NCBI RefSeq assembly: GCF_035084215.1 | Contig: NC_090329.1 | Coordinates: forward strand, 108,190,001 to 108,254,000 | DNA: 64,000 nucleotides | From: Heptranchias perlo | Lineage: Eukaryota | Direction of reading: 5' to 3' | Made by a program: the position numbers and the translations under genes | The notes under the pieces: generated by a model | Database searches by the model: none | The model's input: only the letters and a program-made list of their open reading frames with translations | What the model was told of the DNA's origin: nothing | In this document: piece by piece, positions 23,660 through 36,020 of the stretch | Numbering within the stretch: position 1 is the first letter of the stretch | Layout of the letters: every line of letters starts with the position of its first letter

Positions 23660-24699
23660 GTTGCGCTACCTCTTGTTTGCAGCTGGAGGGGCATTGGTGA
23701 ACTGCCCCTTTAAATAGAGCTCCACCATCGCTCAGACATCACTGCGCATGCGCAGGCCGCCGGCGCGCAGCTGAGAAGCGGAGAACCCGTAACGGCCGGG
23801 TAATTACCTCAATTATCCTGCGATCGCGCGCGGGACTCACTCAATTCACCGGCCGCGTTTTCCACGCGCCCGAAGGACCACCCGCCGAGAACCCGCACCC
23901 CTGGTAAAATCGGGCCCCCCATCTGCCTGTTCAGATGAATGTAAAAGATCCTATAACACCACTTGAAGAAGAGCAGGGAGTTTTCCATGTTTTGTGGCCA
24001 ACATTCATCCCTCGACTAACACTGCCAAAAACAGATTATGTGGTCATTTATCTTTGTGCTGTTTGTGGGACCTTGCTATGTGCAAATTAGCTGTTGTATT
24101 TGCCTGTATTACAACATTGACTACACTTCAAAAGTACTTCATTGGCTGTGAACTGCTGTAGGACGTACTAAGGATGTGGAAAGCGCTGTATAAATGAAAG
24201 TTTTTTTCTGACAATAATGCGTTACTCTGAAGAACCAGAAATGTTATTTATTACGGTAAATCTGGCGCAGCAGTTCTGGGGTGTGGCTTAATGCCCAATG
24301 CAATTGTCATTTTTGCAACCAGCAAATCCTGTGTGAAAGTTGGGGAAGAGGTCTGGAATCACAAGATAGGATCAGAAAAAGGTTAGGCCTCTGACAATAA
24401 TACAGTTTACATTATGCACTCAAGCCCATTCCCTTTCATTTTTCCCCCTACTTTCCCGATGATGCTGTTCCATAGGTGCCAGTATCCATCTGGTACTTAG
24501 CCCTAGTGGCTATTTTTCATGTGAACCTAGACTGAATTTCAGCAGGTTATTCAATTGTGAGGACATCATAACTAAGCTCTCATTTAACATCTATACATTT
24601 ACATTTTCCTTCAAAATGTGTTGCACGGTGATCAGGAGTCAATTGTAACTCATAACAACTTTATTTTAATAGTTAAAATATTTGTACCTCCTCATGATA

Positions 24700-25050
24700 A
24701 ACAGAGTAACATAGTAACAATTTCAGGCCGGAGAGGACATTAGGTCCATCTAACCCACCTATCCACAGTGTTCCCTTGGTGCATTTCTAATAATCCTGAA
24801 TCCTGTTTGTTGACAAAAACCTGCCTGGTCCCTTCTTGAAACCTTTTAAGGTTCCTTGTTCCACAACCTGTGCTGGTAATTTGTTTCACTTACTTACCAC
24901 CCTTTTAGTAAAAACGTTCCCCCTGCATTTCCTATTTTCTTTTGTTGTCCTTAATTTGTAAGTATAAGCCCTTGTGCTTAAATTTAGTAGACGGCAGAAA
25001 AGCTTACTTGGAGATCCAATTTGTCCAAACCTTTCGTAATTTTAAACATT
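24700..25050 (-). mobile_element. Old CR1 3' fragment
   Basis: Reverse complement gives degenerate RVVSKxNKLPAQVVE-like text and a CR1 tail (gatggacctaatgtcctctc...ttactatgttact). Confidence 0.55.
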
Positions 25051-25077
25051 TCTGACAGTAGATTTCAAAATGCTGGA

Positions 25078-27830
25078 AATAGGACCATAGGAGTAGGCCA
25101 TTCTGCCCCTCAAGCCTGATCTGCCATTCAGTGAGATCATGGTTGATCTGTATTCTAACTCCATCCACCCACCTTGGCTCTATGTCCCTTAATACCCTTG
25201 GCTAGTAAAAATCTATTGATCTCAGATTTAAAATTATTAATTGAGCTAGATTCTACTGCTTTTACATGAAAAAGTGTTTCCTAACTTCTCCCCTGAATGG
25301 CCTGGTTCTGATTTTAAGGTTATGTTCCCTTGTCCTAGACTCCCCCATCAGCGGAAAAAGTTTCTCTCTATCTCACCTATCAATTCCTTTCAAAATCTTG
25401 AAAATCTCAATCAAATTACCCCTTAACCTTCTATATTCCAGGGAATACAAGCCTAGTTTATGTAATCTCTCCTCATAATTTAACCCTTGGAGCCCTGATA
25501 ACATTCGGTAAATCTGTGCTGCACTCCTTCCAAGGCCAATATATCCTTTCTAAGGTGCGGTGTCTAGAACTGTACACCAATGTTCCATTAGCCTTTTTGA
25601 TTATGTTTTTGTATCTGACTACTACACTTTAGTGATCTGTGTACATGGACCCTGAAATCTCTTTGGACCTCCACTGTCCTAGCTTTTCACCATTTAAAAA
25701 ATACTCGGATCTATCCTTTTTTAGTCCAAAATGGATGACCTCACACTTAACTGCATTGAAATCCATCAGCCACTGTTTTAGCCACTCACTTAATCTATCA
25801 ATGTCTCTTTGTAATTTTATGCTCCCGTCTACACTACTTACTATGCCAACAATCTTTGTTTCATCGACAAACTTGGATATATGGCTCTCTATTGTGTTAT
25901 CTAAGTCATTAATGAATATAGTGAATAGTTGAGGTCACAGCACAGACCCATGTGGGACACCACTAGTCACTTCCTTCCAATTCAAGTATACCCATTATCC
26001 TTACTCTCTGTTTTCTACCATCTAACCAATCTCCTAACCAGGTCAATAATTTGCCTTCAATTCCATGAGCTTTATTTTAGCTAACAGTCTCTTATGTGGA
26101 TCCTTAACAAATGCCTTCTGGAAGTCCATATAAACTACACCCATACACAATTTATGACACCATAAGGAAGTGGGACTAATTGGATAGCTCTTTCAAAGAG
26201 CTGGCATAGGCATGATGGGCCAAATGACCTCCTCCTGTACCATACTACTACTATGATACATTCCCATGTCTACTACTTTAGTTACTTCTTCAAAAAATTC
26301 AATTAGGCTTGTTAGACATGACCTATCCTTTACAAATCCATTTTGGCTATCTCTAATCAGCTCAAATTTCTCTAAGTGCTCAGTCACCCTGTCCTTAATT
26401 ATAGATTCCAATAACTTCCCAATAAAAGATGTTAGACTGACAAGTCTATAATTTCCTGGTTTCTCTCTCTCACCTTTCTTAAATAATGGAGTTACATTTG
26501 CAATTTTCCAATCTAATGGGACAGTTTCTGAATCGAGAGAGTTTTGGACGATAATGGCTAAAGCATCTGCAATTTCCTCACCTACTTCCTTTAAAACTCT
26601 GGGGTGGAAACAATCAGGTCCTAGGGATTTGTCAGTCTTTAGTGCCATTGTTTTTTCTAATACTGTTTTCTTGCTTACATTAAGCTTAGTGAGTCCCAGA
26701 CCTTGATTCATTATTTGTTTCCCTGGAATGTCAGGTATATTATCCTCTTCCTCTACTGTGAGGACTGACACAAAGTAATTATTCAACAAATCTGCCATTT
26801 CCTCATTTTCATTTGCAATATTACCCGCATCTGTTTTTAAAGGGCTCACATTACCCTTGACTACCCTTTCTCTTCTAATAAAATTGTAAAAACTTTTCAC
26901 ATTAATCTCGATATCCCTCATAAGTTTCTTTTCATATTCCCTTCTTATAGCTCTTGCCATCTTTTTTGTCTTCCTTTGCTGTTCTTTATATCTCTCCCAG
27001 TCCCCTGGATTTACACTATTCTTTGCACTTTTGTACGCTCTTTAGTTTTATGTTATCTCTCACCTCTTTTGTCGACCGTGGCTGGTTTATTTGATAAGTA
27101 GAGCTCTTGCCCCTTAGGGGTATATACTGGTCCTCTATTAAACTAAATTCTTTCTTGAACACCCCCCACTGTACATCTATATTTTTACCCGATAACAGTT
27201 TTGACCAGTTTGCTGTCGTCAGTCTCTGTCTGATCCTGAACCAAAATCTAGAATCTTAGTAACTGTGTTAAGTTTCTCATTTTCAAACCTAATATTGAAT
27301 TCGATCATATTATGATCACTGTTAGATAAATGTTCCCTTAGATTATTAACTAAGTCTGGCTCATTTCTCATTACTAAATCTAGAATGGCCTGCCCTCTTC
27401 TTAGTTCTAGAACATATTGCTCCAGAAAACTATCTTGAATGCACTCAGGAAAATCACTACCTTTCTGACTTGAGCTACTTTGTTCTTCCCAAGTACATGA
27501 AAATTAAAGTCTCCCATTAAAACTTTTGCTACAAGCCTCTCTAATCTCTGAATTAATACATTCTGCCACTTCATTCCTGCTAACAGGAGGCCTGTAGATA
27601 ACTCTCATTACAGTTTTAAGTCCTCGCTTATTCCTCAATTCTAACCATTGAGTCTCTGCTGATTGCTTTCCCTTACCTATATCCTCTCTTACTAATGTTG
27701 TAAAAGTACCTTTAATCAATAAAGCTACTCCTTCTCCTCTTCCAGTTTCCCTATCCTTTCTAAAGACCTTATAACCTGTAATATTTAACTGCCAATCATG
27801 ACAAGCTTGCAGCCGTGTTTCAGTAATGAT
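25078..27830 (-). mobile_element. Long CR1 LINE ORF2 remnant (endonuclease to 3' UTR) with internal deletions; short CR1 3' end inserted at ~26160-26255 (+)
   Basis: ORF 27504..27896 (WQLNITGYKVFRKDR, IYRPP) and ORF 26193..26960 (KSLGPDCFHPRVLKE, DWKIANVTPLFKKG, GFVKDRSCLTSLIEFFE). 3' tail at 25080-25110. Confidence 0.92.
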
Positions 27831-28120
27831 CTGAAAGATCTTCCTCCCTCCGTCAAAAACAAATCTTATCCCCAAATCTGCCACTCCAAAAAACACACAC
27901 TTATGTTCTTTAGTTTTTTCCTGTAATAAAAGTGATGGATTATTGGCTACACCTGCAGCTTAAGTTATGACAGGTTTCTATTCCACTGCACTCCTATTGC
28001 AACTACTTGTTTTCATGTGTCATAGGCAAGGCATTCGGTTTTGGTTTTCATATAAAAACAGCCTGAATTGTAGAATATGATCCCCAAAATAATGGGAAAA
28101 ATTCTATGAATCCATGTAAT

Positions 28121-28395
28121 AACCTCTACCCCCTAGAAGGACAAGGGCAGCAGGCACATGGGAACAACACCACCTGCACGTTCCTCTCCAAGTCACACAC
28201 CATCCCAACTTGGAAATATATCGCCGTTCCTTCATCGTCGCTGGGTCAAAATCCTGGAACTCCCTTCCTCACAGCACTGTGGGAGAACCTTCACCACACG
28301 GACTGCAGCGGTTCAAGAAGGCGGCTCACCACCAACTTCTCAAGGGCAATTAGGGCCAGCGACACCCACATCCCATGAACGAATGAAAAAAATAA
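28121..28395 (+). mobile_element. 3' end of a CR1-group (Zenon-like) LINE
   Basis: Homologous to the reverse complement of 63242-63530 (gcagcggttcaagaaggcggctcaccacc...cacatcccatgaacgaat). Confidence 0.8.
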
Positions 28396-28643
28396 AAACA
28401 GAATGTAATTTATTCATCACCTTAAAACAGTGGCCCTAGTAACAGGTCGATATTCAAGGCAGTTTATAAGTTGTCAACGTTTTGGGGGTTGTGTCAGTTT
28501 TTGTGAAGCTGTTCGTCAGCTTTAACTAGTTTTCTAGGTTGTTTTGTGTGTATCTATGATTGACAGCGACAAAAGGAAAGGAAGCAATTCCCTCTAAAAC
28601 TTCCCTCTGAGTTCTGAAATTAAATCAATGAAAATAAACATTT

Positions 28644-28765
28644 GGGCCGGGAAGTTCCTCTGAGGTGCTTCCACTCTGCAGCCGTAACTTTGCCGGAAGT
28701 TTCCGCTGCACTTCTGGCAAAGTTACCGCGGCTGAGCAGGAGCAGCTCCAAGGAAATTCCCAGCC
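28644..28765. mobile_element. Short palindromic MITE (Harbinger-like)
   Basis: Ends ggccgggaagttcct / aggaaattcccagcc with an internal inverted pair gtaactttgccggaag / cttctggcaaagttac. A related end lies at 15142-15175. Confidence 0.55.
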
Positions 28766-29879
28766 ACAGTTTAATTTTTGTCCCATTATGTCGGGATTAG
28801 AGGTTTACTGAGTTTAATCCTAAAATTACAGTTTAATTTATCCGTAAAACCTCATACTTTGTTTGTATATTATTAAATTGAAAATAAGTACTGCTATTGA
28901 TATGTTATTTATTTAGCTGCAAAGCCTTTTGTGTGTGTGTGTGTGTGTGTGTGGCATGTAACTTTAAAGAAGAAAGTGCTGTTTGGACAATTCAAACCAC
29001 AAGATGGCAGTAATGATCTATTTAAATTGTAATTTTTGCACTTGTGAGCACACAGTAAATGGGATCAATATACTAGAATTTGTGGCCTTTGCAATTTTTT
29101 ATTACACTGGACACTTTATAAGAAGTTCTTATAAGCCCAAGAAAAAGGTTGATGTCAAACAAGATGGTAGAGCTCCCTGCATTGTTGTATTAAAAGATCA
29201 AGAAATGATTTTTAGTGCACATCTATTTTTTTGTCTCTAGTTCATTAAAAGCATATCCAGTGGCAGTTAATGAGTACTGCACCAATTTTAAAATAAATGT
29301 GGCTGGAATTTTCCCTCATAATCAATGGGGCAAAATACCACATAGCCAGCAATTAAAAACAGTGCCGTATTTTCTTCTGTTTGCTAAATCAAGGAACAGA
29401 AGTTAGACATACATAAATAAATGTGTAGTACTGGTAGAAAGTGATAACAGATCACTCATCCACATTTAGTGCTACTCTGAGGATTTCCCCTATGCAAAAA
29501 TGGGTTGCAGAAATGGACAAAAAACAGCTTTTCACTTATTAAGGCCTTGTTAAATCATGGGAAACTCATTCGGAATTGTATGGGGAGAGAAGACGAGGAG
29601 GTGCTATAGATGAAAGGTGGGTACTAAACCCGAGGTCATATCTGGCGTTAGCCTGCTGAATGAAGGCCAAGATTTTGAAGTACTACCACTAGACTGACGG
29701 AACTATACAGAAAAGCACAATTTTCTGGTGCACAGCATGGGTGTGGTGAGTATTCCCAGCTAACTCAGTGCAGCAGAAGCAAGAGGGGAGGGCAGTCCAG
29801 AAGCAAAGGGGCATAGGAGACAGACAGCTGTCTCAGGCAGTTGATCGATTGCAACAGAGTCACTTACGAGGGGCGTATG

Positions 29880-30112
29880 GAAGAAGCAGTGCATGATGAG
29901 GCTTGGGTTCACAAAGGAGGCTGTGACTGACACGCCTCACCTGGGTCACAAAGACCTGCAAGGACAATCAACTCTCCACACTGCACTATCATTAGCAGTA
30001 AAAGTCACCGCTGCTCTGTAACATTTATGCCACTGGATCCTTCCAGTTACCCACCGGGGGTATCACAGGAGTCAGTCACCTTTCCATGCACCACTCTATT
30101 GAGGAGGTAACT
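29880..30112 (+). pseudogene. Ancient Harbinger transposase N-terminal relic
   Basis: Translates across frameshifts as QCMMRLGFTKEAVTD...ALSLAVKVTAAL...YATGSFQLPTGGITGVSHLSMHHSIEEVT, colinear with the transposases at 18-21 kb and 61 kb. Confidence 0.75.
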
Positions 30113-30429
30113 ACTAAAGTTTGTCTAAATTGTTGGCTTCCCTGAGATACAGGTCATCAATGGCTGTACACAGATAGGCCCCAAAATTCCTCAGGGTTCC
30201 ACTGGTCCTCTGGCAGAAGACTGGCAGTCAGCAGACCCCTGCCAAAAATACAGCAGAGACCCGCCAGGATTGTAAGGGATGGAGCCTCCATCTGCTCCTT
30301 AAAAGGCAAATGACAGCCAGGGGTGGGAACTCGTGCCCAACTGCATTTTCAGTGTAACTACATGACATAGGCCTGTATGCAAGATTGTTTTGGAGCTGGC
30401 ATGTATGGATATGGTACTCATTTAACATG

Positions 30430-30765
30430 AAAAACACTAACGTCCATATAAATGACATCTACGACATTCCCCCATCTATACTTTCCAACATGCTCTTAAG
30501 GTTAAGCCAATGTGATTTGCCCTTCACAAATCCATGCTGATTTTCTCTGATCAGTCCATGTCTTTCTAAGTGTTCATATATTTTATCTCTAGTCATTTTC
30601 CTAATATTGTGGTAAAGGTAACCAATTGATAGTTGTCTGGCTGATTCCTTTCCCCTCTTTTAAACAGGTGTAACATTTTCCACTCTACAATCCATTGGCA
30701 CAGCTCCTGACCTTCATTTTCATCTAAATAAAGTATGCATTTCATAACTATGCCATTTTCTCATC
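30430..30765 (-). mobile_element. Old CR1 RT fragment
   Basis: Reverse complement encodes QHGFVKGKSH and PDNYQLV-like motifs. Confidence 0.6.
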
Positions 30766-31041
30766 TATCATAATGATCGCACCCCGCCTTAATGATTTTC
30801 TTTACCCATCTCAATTGGATGCACAACTGAATGAACCTTGGCAGCATTTGAACTCAGGAACTAATTGGCCCTGAACCCAGTGTTCAACAATATGGAAATA
30901 GAGCAAGTAGATAAAAAATTTTTACTTGGGTAGTCTAATAGTCACGACCAAAGTAGTGCATAAGTCAAATGGAGGAATAATCGCAAAAGAAACATTATAA
31001 ATGTTCTATGTAACCGTAATATCAAACTTGTCATAACAAGA

Positions 31042-31202
31042 GGGGGTAATTTTAACTTTTATCACGGGTGAAAACAGGTGACAGCGTATCGGCAGCCCGT
31101 TTTACACTTGGCCCAATTTTCTTTCCCAAATTGGGTGTAAAATGGGCGGCCGATTTGCTATCACTTGTTTATCACCGGGCAATAGAGGTTAAAATCACCC
31201 CC
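31042..31202. mobile_element. Palindromic Harbinger-type MITE (~160 bp)
   Basis: TIRs gggggtaattttaac / gttaaaatcaccccc with near-complete internal self-complementarity. Relatives at 40470-40606 and 45587-45762. No clear TSD. Confidence 0.65.
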
Positions 31203-31724
31203 TAGGTGCTGAAGCGTTATGTATGGTCAACAAGAAAGTACAATCTAAAAAATGGGTCTTGGGTAAGAAGTAAGAAGACTGGAGTCACTTCAGTTATGGT
31301 GCTACATTCATATGCTGACATTGAATGGACAAGAGGAATGACGAATGAGAGGTCTTTGAACTAGCATAAGAATAGAGAGACTCGATGCAGCTAATAATGA
31401 TGAGAAAGATGAAAAACTGAGGTGAATTTTCCTGGGCTCTGCATGGTGCACAGAGCCTTGCTAGCGATGTGCTTGGGTCAGAAAATCAGATCACCAATCT
31501 CACAGGTTGCATTCCTCCCTGGTGTTTGTTTTTGCCAACGAATGGTGGGCCTCACTGTGGGCCTGTGGAACCTTTGTTTACAAGATAAATATTTAAATGA
31601 AACCAATGACAGAGCTTTCAACTTCGGGCAAGACTCTCTGTGAACTGCCTGCCCATATAAAATGGCCACTTCTTTTTGAACGTGGTCTAACCTGCTTTGA
31701 AGATTGTTTAAAGCTGACTTGCTG

Positions 31725-31982
31725 CAGTTTCTTTTTAATTTCAAAATATACTTTATTTCATAAAATTTAAGAATACACACAGTTCAATGCAAATATCACA
31801 ATTACAATTCAAAACAATACAATACAGATTGTACACACTACGATCCATTATTACAATACAAAACACAGTATATATCTTTTAATATGTCCTGTACAATACA
31901 AGGTGGCATGGCCTTATATGGTGGCCTTTCCCCATACAGCCTTTGCGTAGGCTACACCTCGCTTCAGTGCGTCCCGCAGCAA
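31725..31982 (-). mobile_element. L1/Tx1-type LINE 3' end
   Basis: Minus strand reads LRDALKRGVAYAKAVWGKAT, then a TG-rich 3' UTR with AATAAA and an A-rich tail. Confidence 0.55.
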
Positions 31983-31992
31983 CTTACTGCAG

Positions 31993-32197
31993 TTGCCGTG
32001 CCTTCAGCTGCCTAGGCCCTAAGCTCTGGAATTCCCTCCCTAAACCTCTCCACCTCTCTAACTCTCTCTCTCTCCTTCTTTAAGATACTCCTTAAAACCT
32101 ATCTGTTTGACCTCCTATCCTAATATCTCCTTATGTGGCTCGGTATCCTGTGAAGTGCCTTGGGATGTTTTGCTATGTTGAATGCACGTTGTTGTAG
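31993..32197 (+). mobile_element. L2 LINE 3' end
   Basis: gccgtgccttcagctgcctaggccctaagctctggaattcc...tgtgaagtgccttgggatgtttt...gttgttg tail. Confidence 0.78.
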
Positions 32198-32459
32198 TTG
32201 TTTTTTTACATATTTAAAGAAGGACCCCGCCACCTTCCAGCAGGTGTCCCTCTTGCCTGTTCAAAAGAGCAGGTTAAAATTGCAACCCGCAGGAAGGCAG
32301 TGGGATCAGTGGGGGTAATTCCCAACAGCCATTTTAACTGCCTGCTCGGTTTCCACCGAGTGGGTAGGGTTGAAATCTGGACTTTTAGTGTGCTAACCCC
32401 TCTTGATTTTGTAAAGTTAGCTTAATTTACTTAATGTGAGCAAACTCCCAATCCATATT

Positions 32460-33506
32460 GGGCCTGGTTTTGGGAACTCGTCAGAGGGGGCAGGAAATCA
32501 CAGGCTGCTCTCTAGAAGTTTAAAGAGATGTTACCACTTCAACGTAAGTGGCCTCATAGAGGGATAGAAATATTGGTAGCAATTATAAAAGCTTCTTACA
32601 TTTTTAATGCATATTTCAGTCTTTCCAAAGGTTGTTTGAGTAACAAAAAATGCCTGACAAAACCCAATAGCTGGCACAATAAATGTGGAGGTAGGAAACC
32701 AAGTCTGTGGCCAAATGATGGAGCGACACAACACTCCAACTCTATCTGGAGGCTGGCAAAGTGGAATTGATGCAGAATGAGGTGGCAGCAAGGAAGGTGG
32801 CTCTGCCTACCTCTGCAGGGCATCATGCCCATAGGACAACACTGCAGCATGCTTGAAAGGAGGCAGATAAAGAGAACTTGAAAGTACTGCTTACTGTTAT
32901 TGTTACTGAGAAGGCCACCTCTCTGCTGCAGGTTAGCTGCAGGTCTCCTTACAGCAGATGGCATTGGTCTGCATCTGGCCATCTGTTGAGCGCAATTGTT
33001 GCTAGATAGATTCACCACTGGCTGTAAATATGGATGACAGCGTAATAAAAGATGGTCGCAGTACAAATAAAATGGCAGTGCCAGAAGACTTGGCACAAAT
33101 CCTTCTGACTAACTACGTGAAAACAGAAAACAAATTAATAAAGAAAGAAAAAGATTCAGAAATAGCCTCAAAATGCTGCTACACATCTTACTCTAGGGAT
33201 CGTTTAATGTAACCTGCAAATAGAAGCCCTGGACCCACTTTATAAGGGTGGGTAGATGACTCAGCATTATATCGGGAAGAAAATTGTGTGGACATCCAAA
33301 TGATGTCACTGGGGCCGAATTTTAATATAATTAGTTGATGTAATCTCTGCCCAATTTCCTGATTGGTTACATCCACTTTACGACTGTTAATCGAGTGGAA
33401 CCAGTTGGGAAAGCTATCCTATATTGTCTAGACTCATGTGAACATGTGAATTGACACTTATGCACAAGACAGCAGAAGGCTGTCAGTGGCTGTGAAATTG
33501 TACCCC
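32460..33506 (+). mobile_element. Old repeat carrying a Myb/SANT exon-1 relic (probable Harbinger deletion derivative), copy 1
   Basis: Colinear with 37170-38850. Contains ELMQNEVAARKVAL, similar to VLLDGVRMRRETLF of the Harbinger Myb protein. Confidence 0.5.
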
Positions 33507-33544
33507 AAGATGACTCACCTCATACAGGAGAAATGGAATATATT

Positions 33545-34399
33545 ATAGAATCATAGAATCATAGAAGTTTACAACATGGAAACAGGCCCTTCGGCCCAAC
33601 ATGTCCATGTCGCCCAGTTTATACCACTAAGCTAGTCCCAGTTGCCTGCACTTGGCCCATATCCCTCTATACCCATCTTACCCATGTAACTGTCCAAATG
33701 CTTTTTAAAAGACAAAATTGTACCCGCCTCTACTACTGCCTCTGGCAGCTCGTTCCAGACACTCACCACCCTTTGAGTGAAAGAATTGCCCCTCTGGACC
33801 CTTTTGTATCTCTCCCCTCTCACCTTAAATCGTTATAGACTCCCCTACCTTTGGGAAAAGATTTTGACTATCTACCTTATCTATGCCCCTCATTATTTTA
33901 TAGACTTCTATAAGATCACCCCTAAACCTCCTACTCTCCAGGGAAAAAAGTCTCAGTCTATCCAACCTCTCCCTATAAGTCAAACCATCAAGTCCCGGTA
34001 GCATCCTAGTAAATCTTTTCTGCACTCTTTCTAGTTTAATAATATCCTTTCTATAATAGGGTGACCAGAACTGTACACAGTATTCCAAGTGTGGCCTTAC
34101 TAATGTCTTGTACAACTTCAACAAGACATCCCAAATCCTGTATTCAATGTTCTGACCAATGAAACTAAGCATGCTGAATGCCTTCTTCACCACCCTATCC
34201 ACCTGTGACTCCACTTTCAAGGAGCTATGAACCTGTACTCCTAGATCTCTTTGTTCTATAACTCTCCCCAACGCCCTACCATTAATGGAGTAGGTCCTGG
34301 CCCGATTCGATCAACCAAAATGCATCACCTCACATTTATCTAAATTAAACTCCATCTGCCATTCATCGGCCCACTGGCCCAATTTATCAAGATCCCGTT
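33545..34399 (-). mobile_element. Young 5'-truncated CR1 LINE
   Basis: ORF 33825..34271 has LYKTLVRPHLEYCVQFWSPYYRKDI; (tagaatca)n tail at 33545-33565. Confidence 0.92.
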
Positions 34400-35433
34400 G
34401 ATATTGTTACATTATAATTTATATTATATTATTACATCATTTTATTTGCTGCGTGCAAATTGGCTGCCACATTTCCTACATTACAACAGTGACTACACTT
34501 CAAAAAGTACTTAATTGGCTGTGAAGTGCTTTGGAATGTCCTGGGGTCATGAAAGGCACTATATTAATGCAAGTCTTTCTTTAAAGAAAAAAAATTCTTT
34601 TTTTGGCTTTCTGAAAGCAAATATAAACCAGGAGCTGCAAAAGTACATAGAAAATAAAACTACAATTAAATATTTTGAATATCTAGGATACAAATTGCAA
34701 TTTTTTGTTTCCTTGTGCTTGCTATTTAGAAGTATTCATCGCCCCCCTCCCCCCTCTATAAAGCTTCAGGTGTGGTAACAGTGGGTTCTTACTGTGGTGG
34801 AACTACACAGGCCTTCTGCACAGTGAAGTGTTGAAAGCCTTTGAACAGCTTCAAAAAGGTGACAGCCTAGATAAGATGCATTTCCTTCGGGTTTTTAAAT
34901 GTAGGTAACATGTAGGACTCATTCCCTGGCTGCTATTTCTGACTTCATCTTTTATGCCCTCACCGCTTCCCCCTCCCCCCACCGCTGGGACACGTTTTAA
35001 AATAATTTGGGAACCAAAACCTTTTTATTTTAATAGCATATTTAATTCATAATCTTTCAGCGTACACAGAGCGCTCAAAGCTGCATCTGGGGCACCGGTC
35101 CTTGGAAAATGACTATACTCTTAGTGTACGCACCTGCTCCACTTGGAAGACAGTCAAAGACATTAAACTTAAACTATTCTTCCGGTATCACATTACCCAA
35201 TTTACTTAGTTTTCCCTTATCATCCTTCCCACTTTGTTCTTCACATGATTTTAACAGGGTCACATATTTTTCTCATTTTGATCATGTTCCAGAATGTCCA
35301 CTCAATGATAAGCAGTAAGAAAGACTTTAGGTTCTACTTAGCTGAATTTGAGGCTCCTGCTTGAAATATTCATTTAATTAGGCCCAACTAAATGTGTTAT
35401 TTTTGTTTCTTTTGCTGTTTTCCCTCTCCTCTC

Positions 35434-36020
35434 AGAAGCAAGGAAGTTATTCTAAACCTTCATAAAACACTGGTTAGGCTTCAACCGGAGTATTGTGCCC
35501 AATTCTGGGCACCACACTTTAGGAAGGATGCCAAGCCTTGGAGAGGGTGCAGTAGAGATTTACCTGAATGGTACCAGGGATGAGGGACTTCAGTTACATG
35601 GAGAGATTAGAGAAGCTGGGATTGTTCTCCTTGGAGCAGAGAAGGTTAAGGAGAGATTTAATAGAGGTGTTCAAAATTATGAAGGGTTTTGATGGAGTAA
35701 ATAAGGACAAACTGTTTCCACTAGCAGGAGGGTCAGTAACCTGAGGACACAGATTTAAGAAAATTGGTAAAAGAACCAGAGGGGAGATGAGGAGAATTTT
35801 CTTTACGCAGCAAGTTGTTATGATCTGGAATGCACTGCCTGAAAGGGTGGTGGAAGCAGATTTAATAGTAATTTTCAAAAGGGATTTGGATATATACTTG
35901 AAAGGGAAAAATTTGCAGGGTTATGGGGAAAGAGCAAGGGAGTGGACTAATTGGATAGCTCTTTCAAAGTGACACGATGGGCTGAATGGCCTCCTTCTCT
36001 GCTCAAATGATTCTATGATC
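35434..36020 (+). mobile_element. CR1 LINE 3' fragment
   Basis: SKEVILNLHKTLVRLQPEYCAQFWAPHFRKD and IWNALPERVVEAD motifs; ttctatga tail. Confidence 0.88.

Larger units (their letters stand above)
15513..23917. mobile_element. Outer autonomous-type PIF/Harbinger transposon (15513-15822 + 20030-23917), interrupted by a same-family copy
   Basis: TIRs GGGCCCGATTTTA at 15513 and TAAAATCGGGCCC ending at 23917; 3-bp flanks gcc/ccc. Encodes a transposase (+) and a Myb/SANT gene (-), convergent. Confidence 0.93.
15356..24208 (+). mobile_element. Deu-type tRNA-SINE split by the Harbinger nest (5' half 15356-15512, 3' half 23918-24208)
   Basis: Joining the flanks restores ggatgagccgttaaactgagacgcc-atctgcctgttcagatgaatgtaaaagatcc, colinear with other SINE copies in the window. 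Head ggctcagtgatagcac at ~15366; tail gcgctgtataaatgaaag at ~24183-24200. Confidence 0.85.

Noticed and set aside
15823-23917. Assembly artefact (false inverted duplication)
   Set aside because: The arms differ at many positions, including different Myb 5' UTRs, and the TCT TSD plus restorable target site explain the structure biologically.
26193-26265. Novel C-terminus on the 255-aa RT ORF
   Set aside because: It comes from a short CR1 3' end inserted in the opposite orientation at ~26160-26255.
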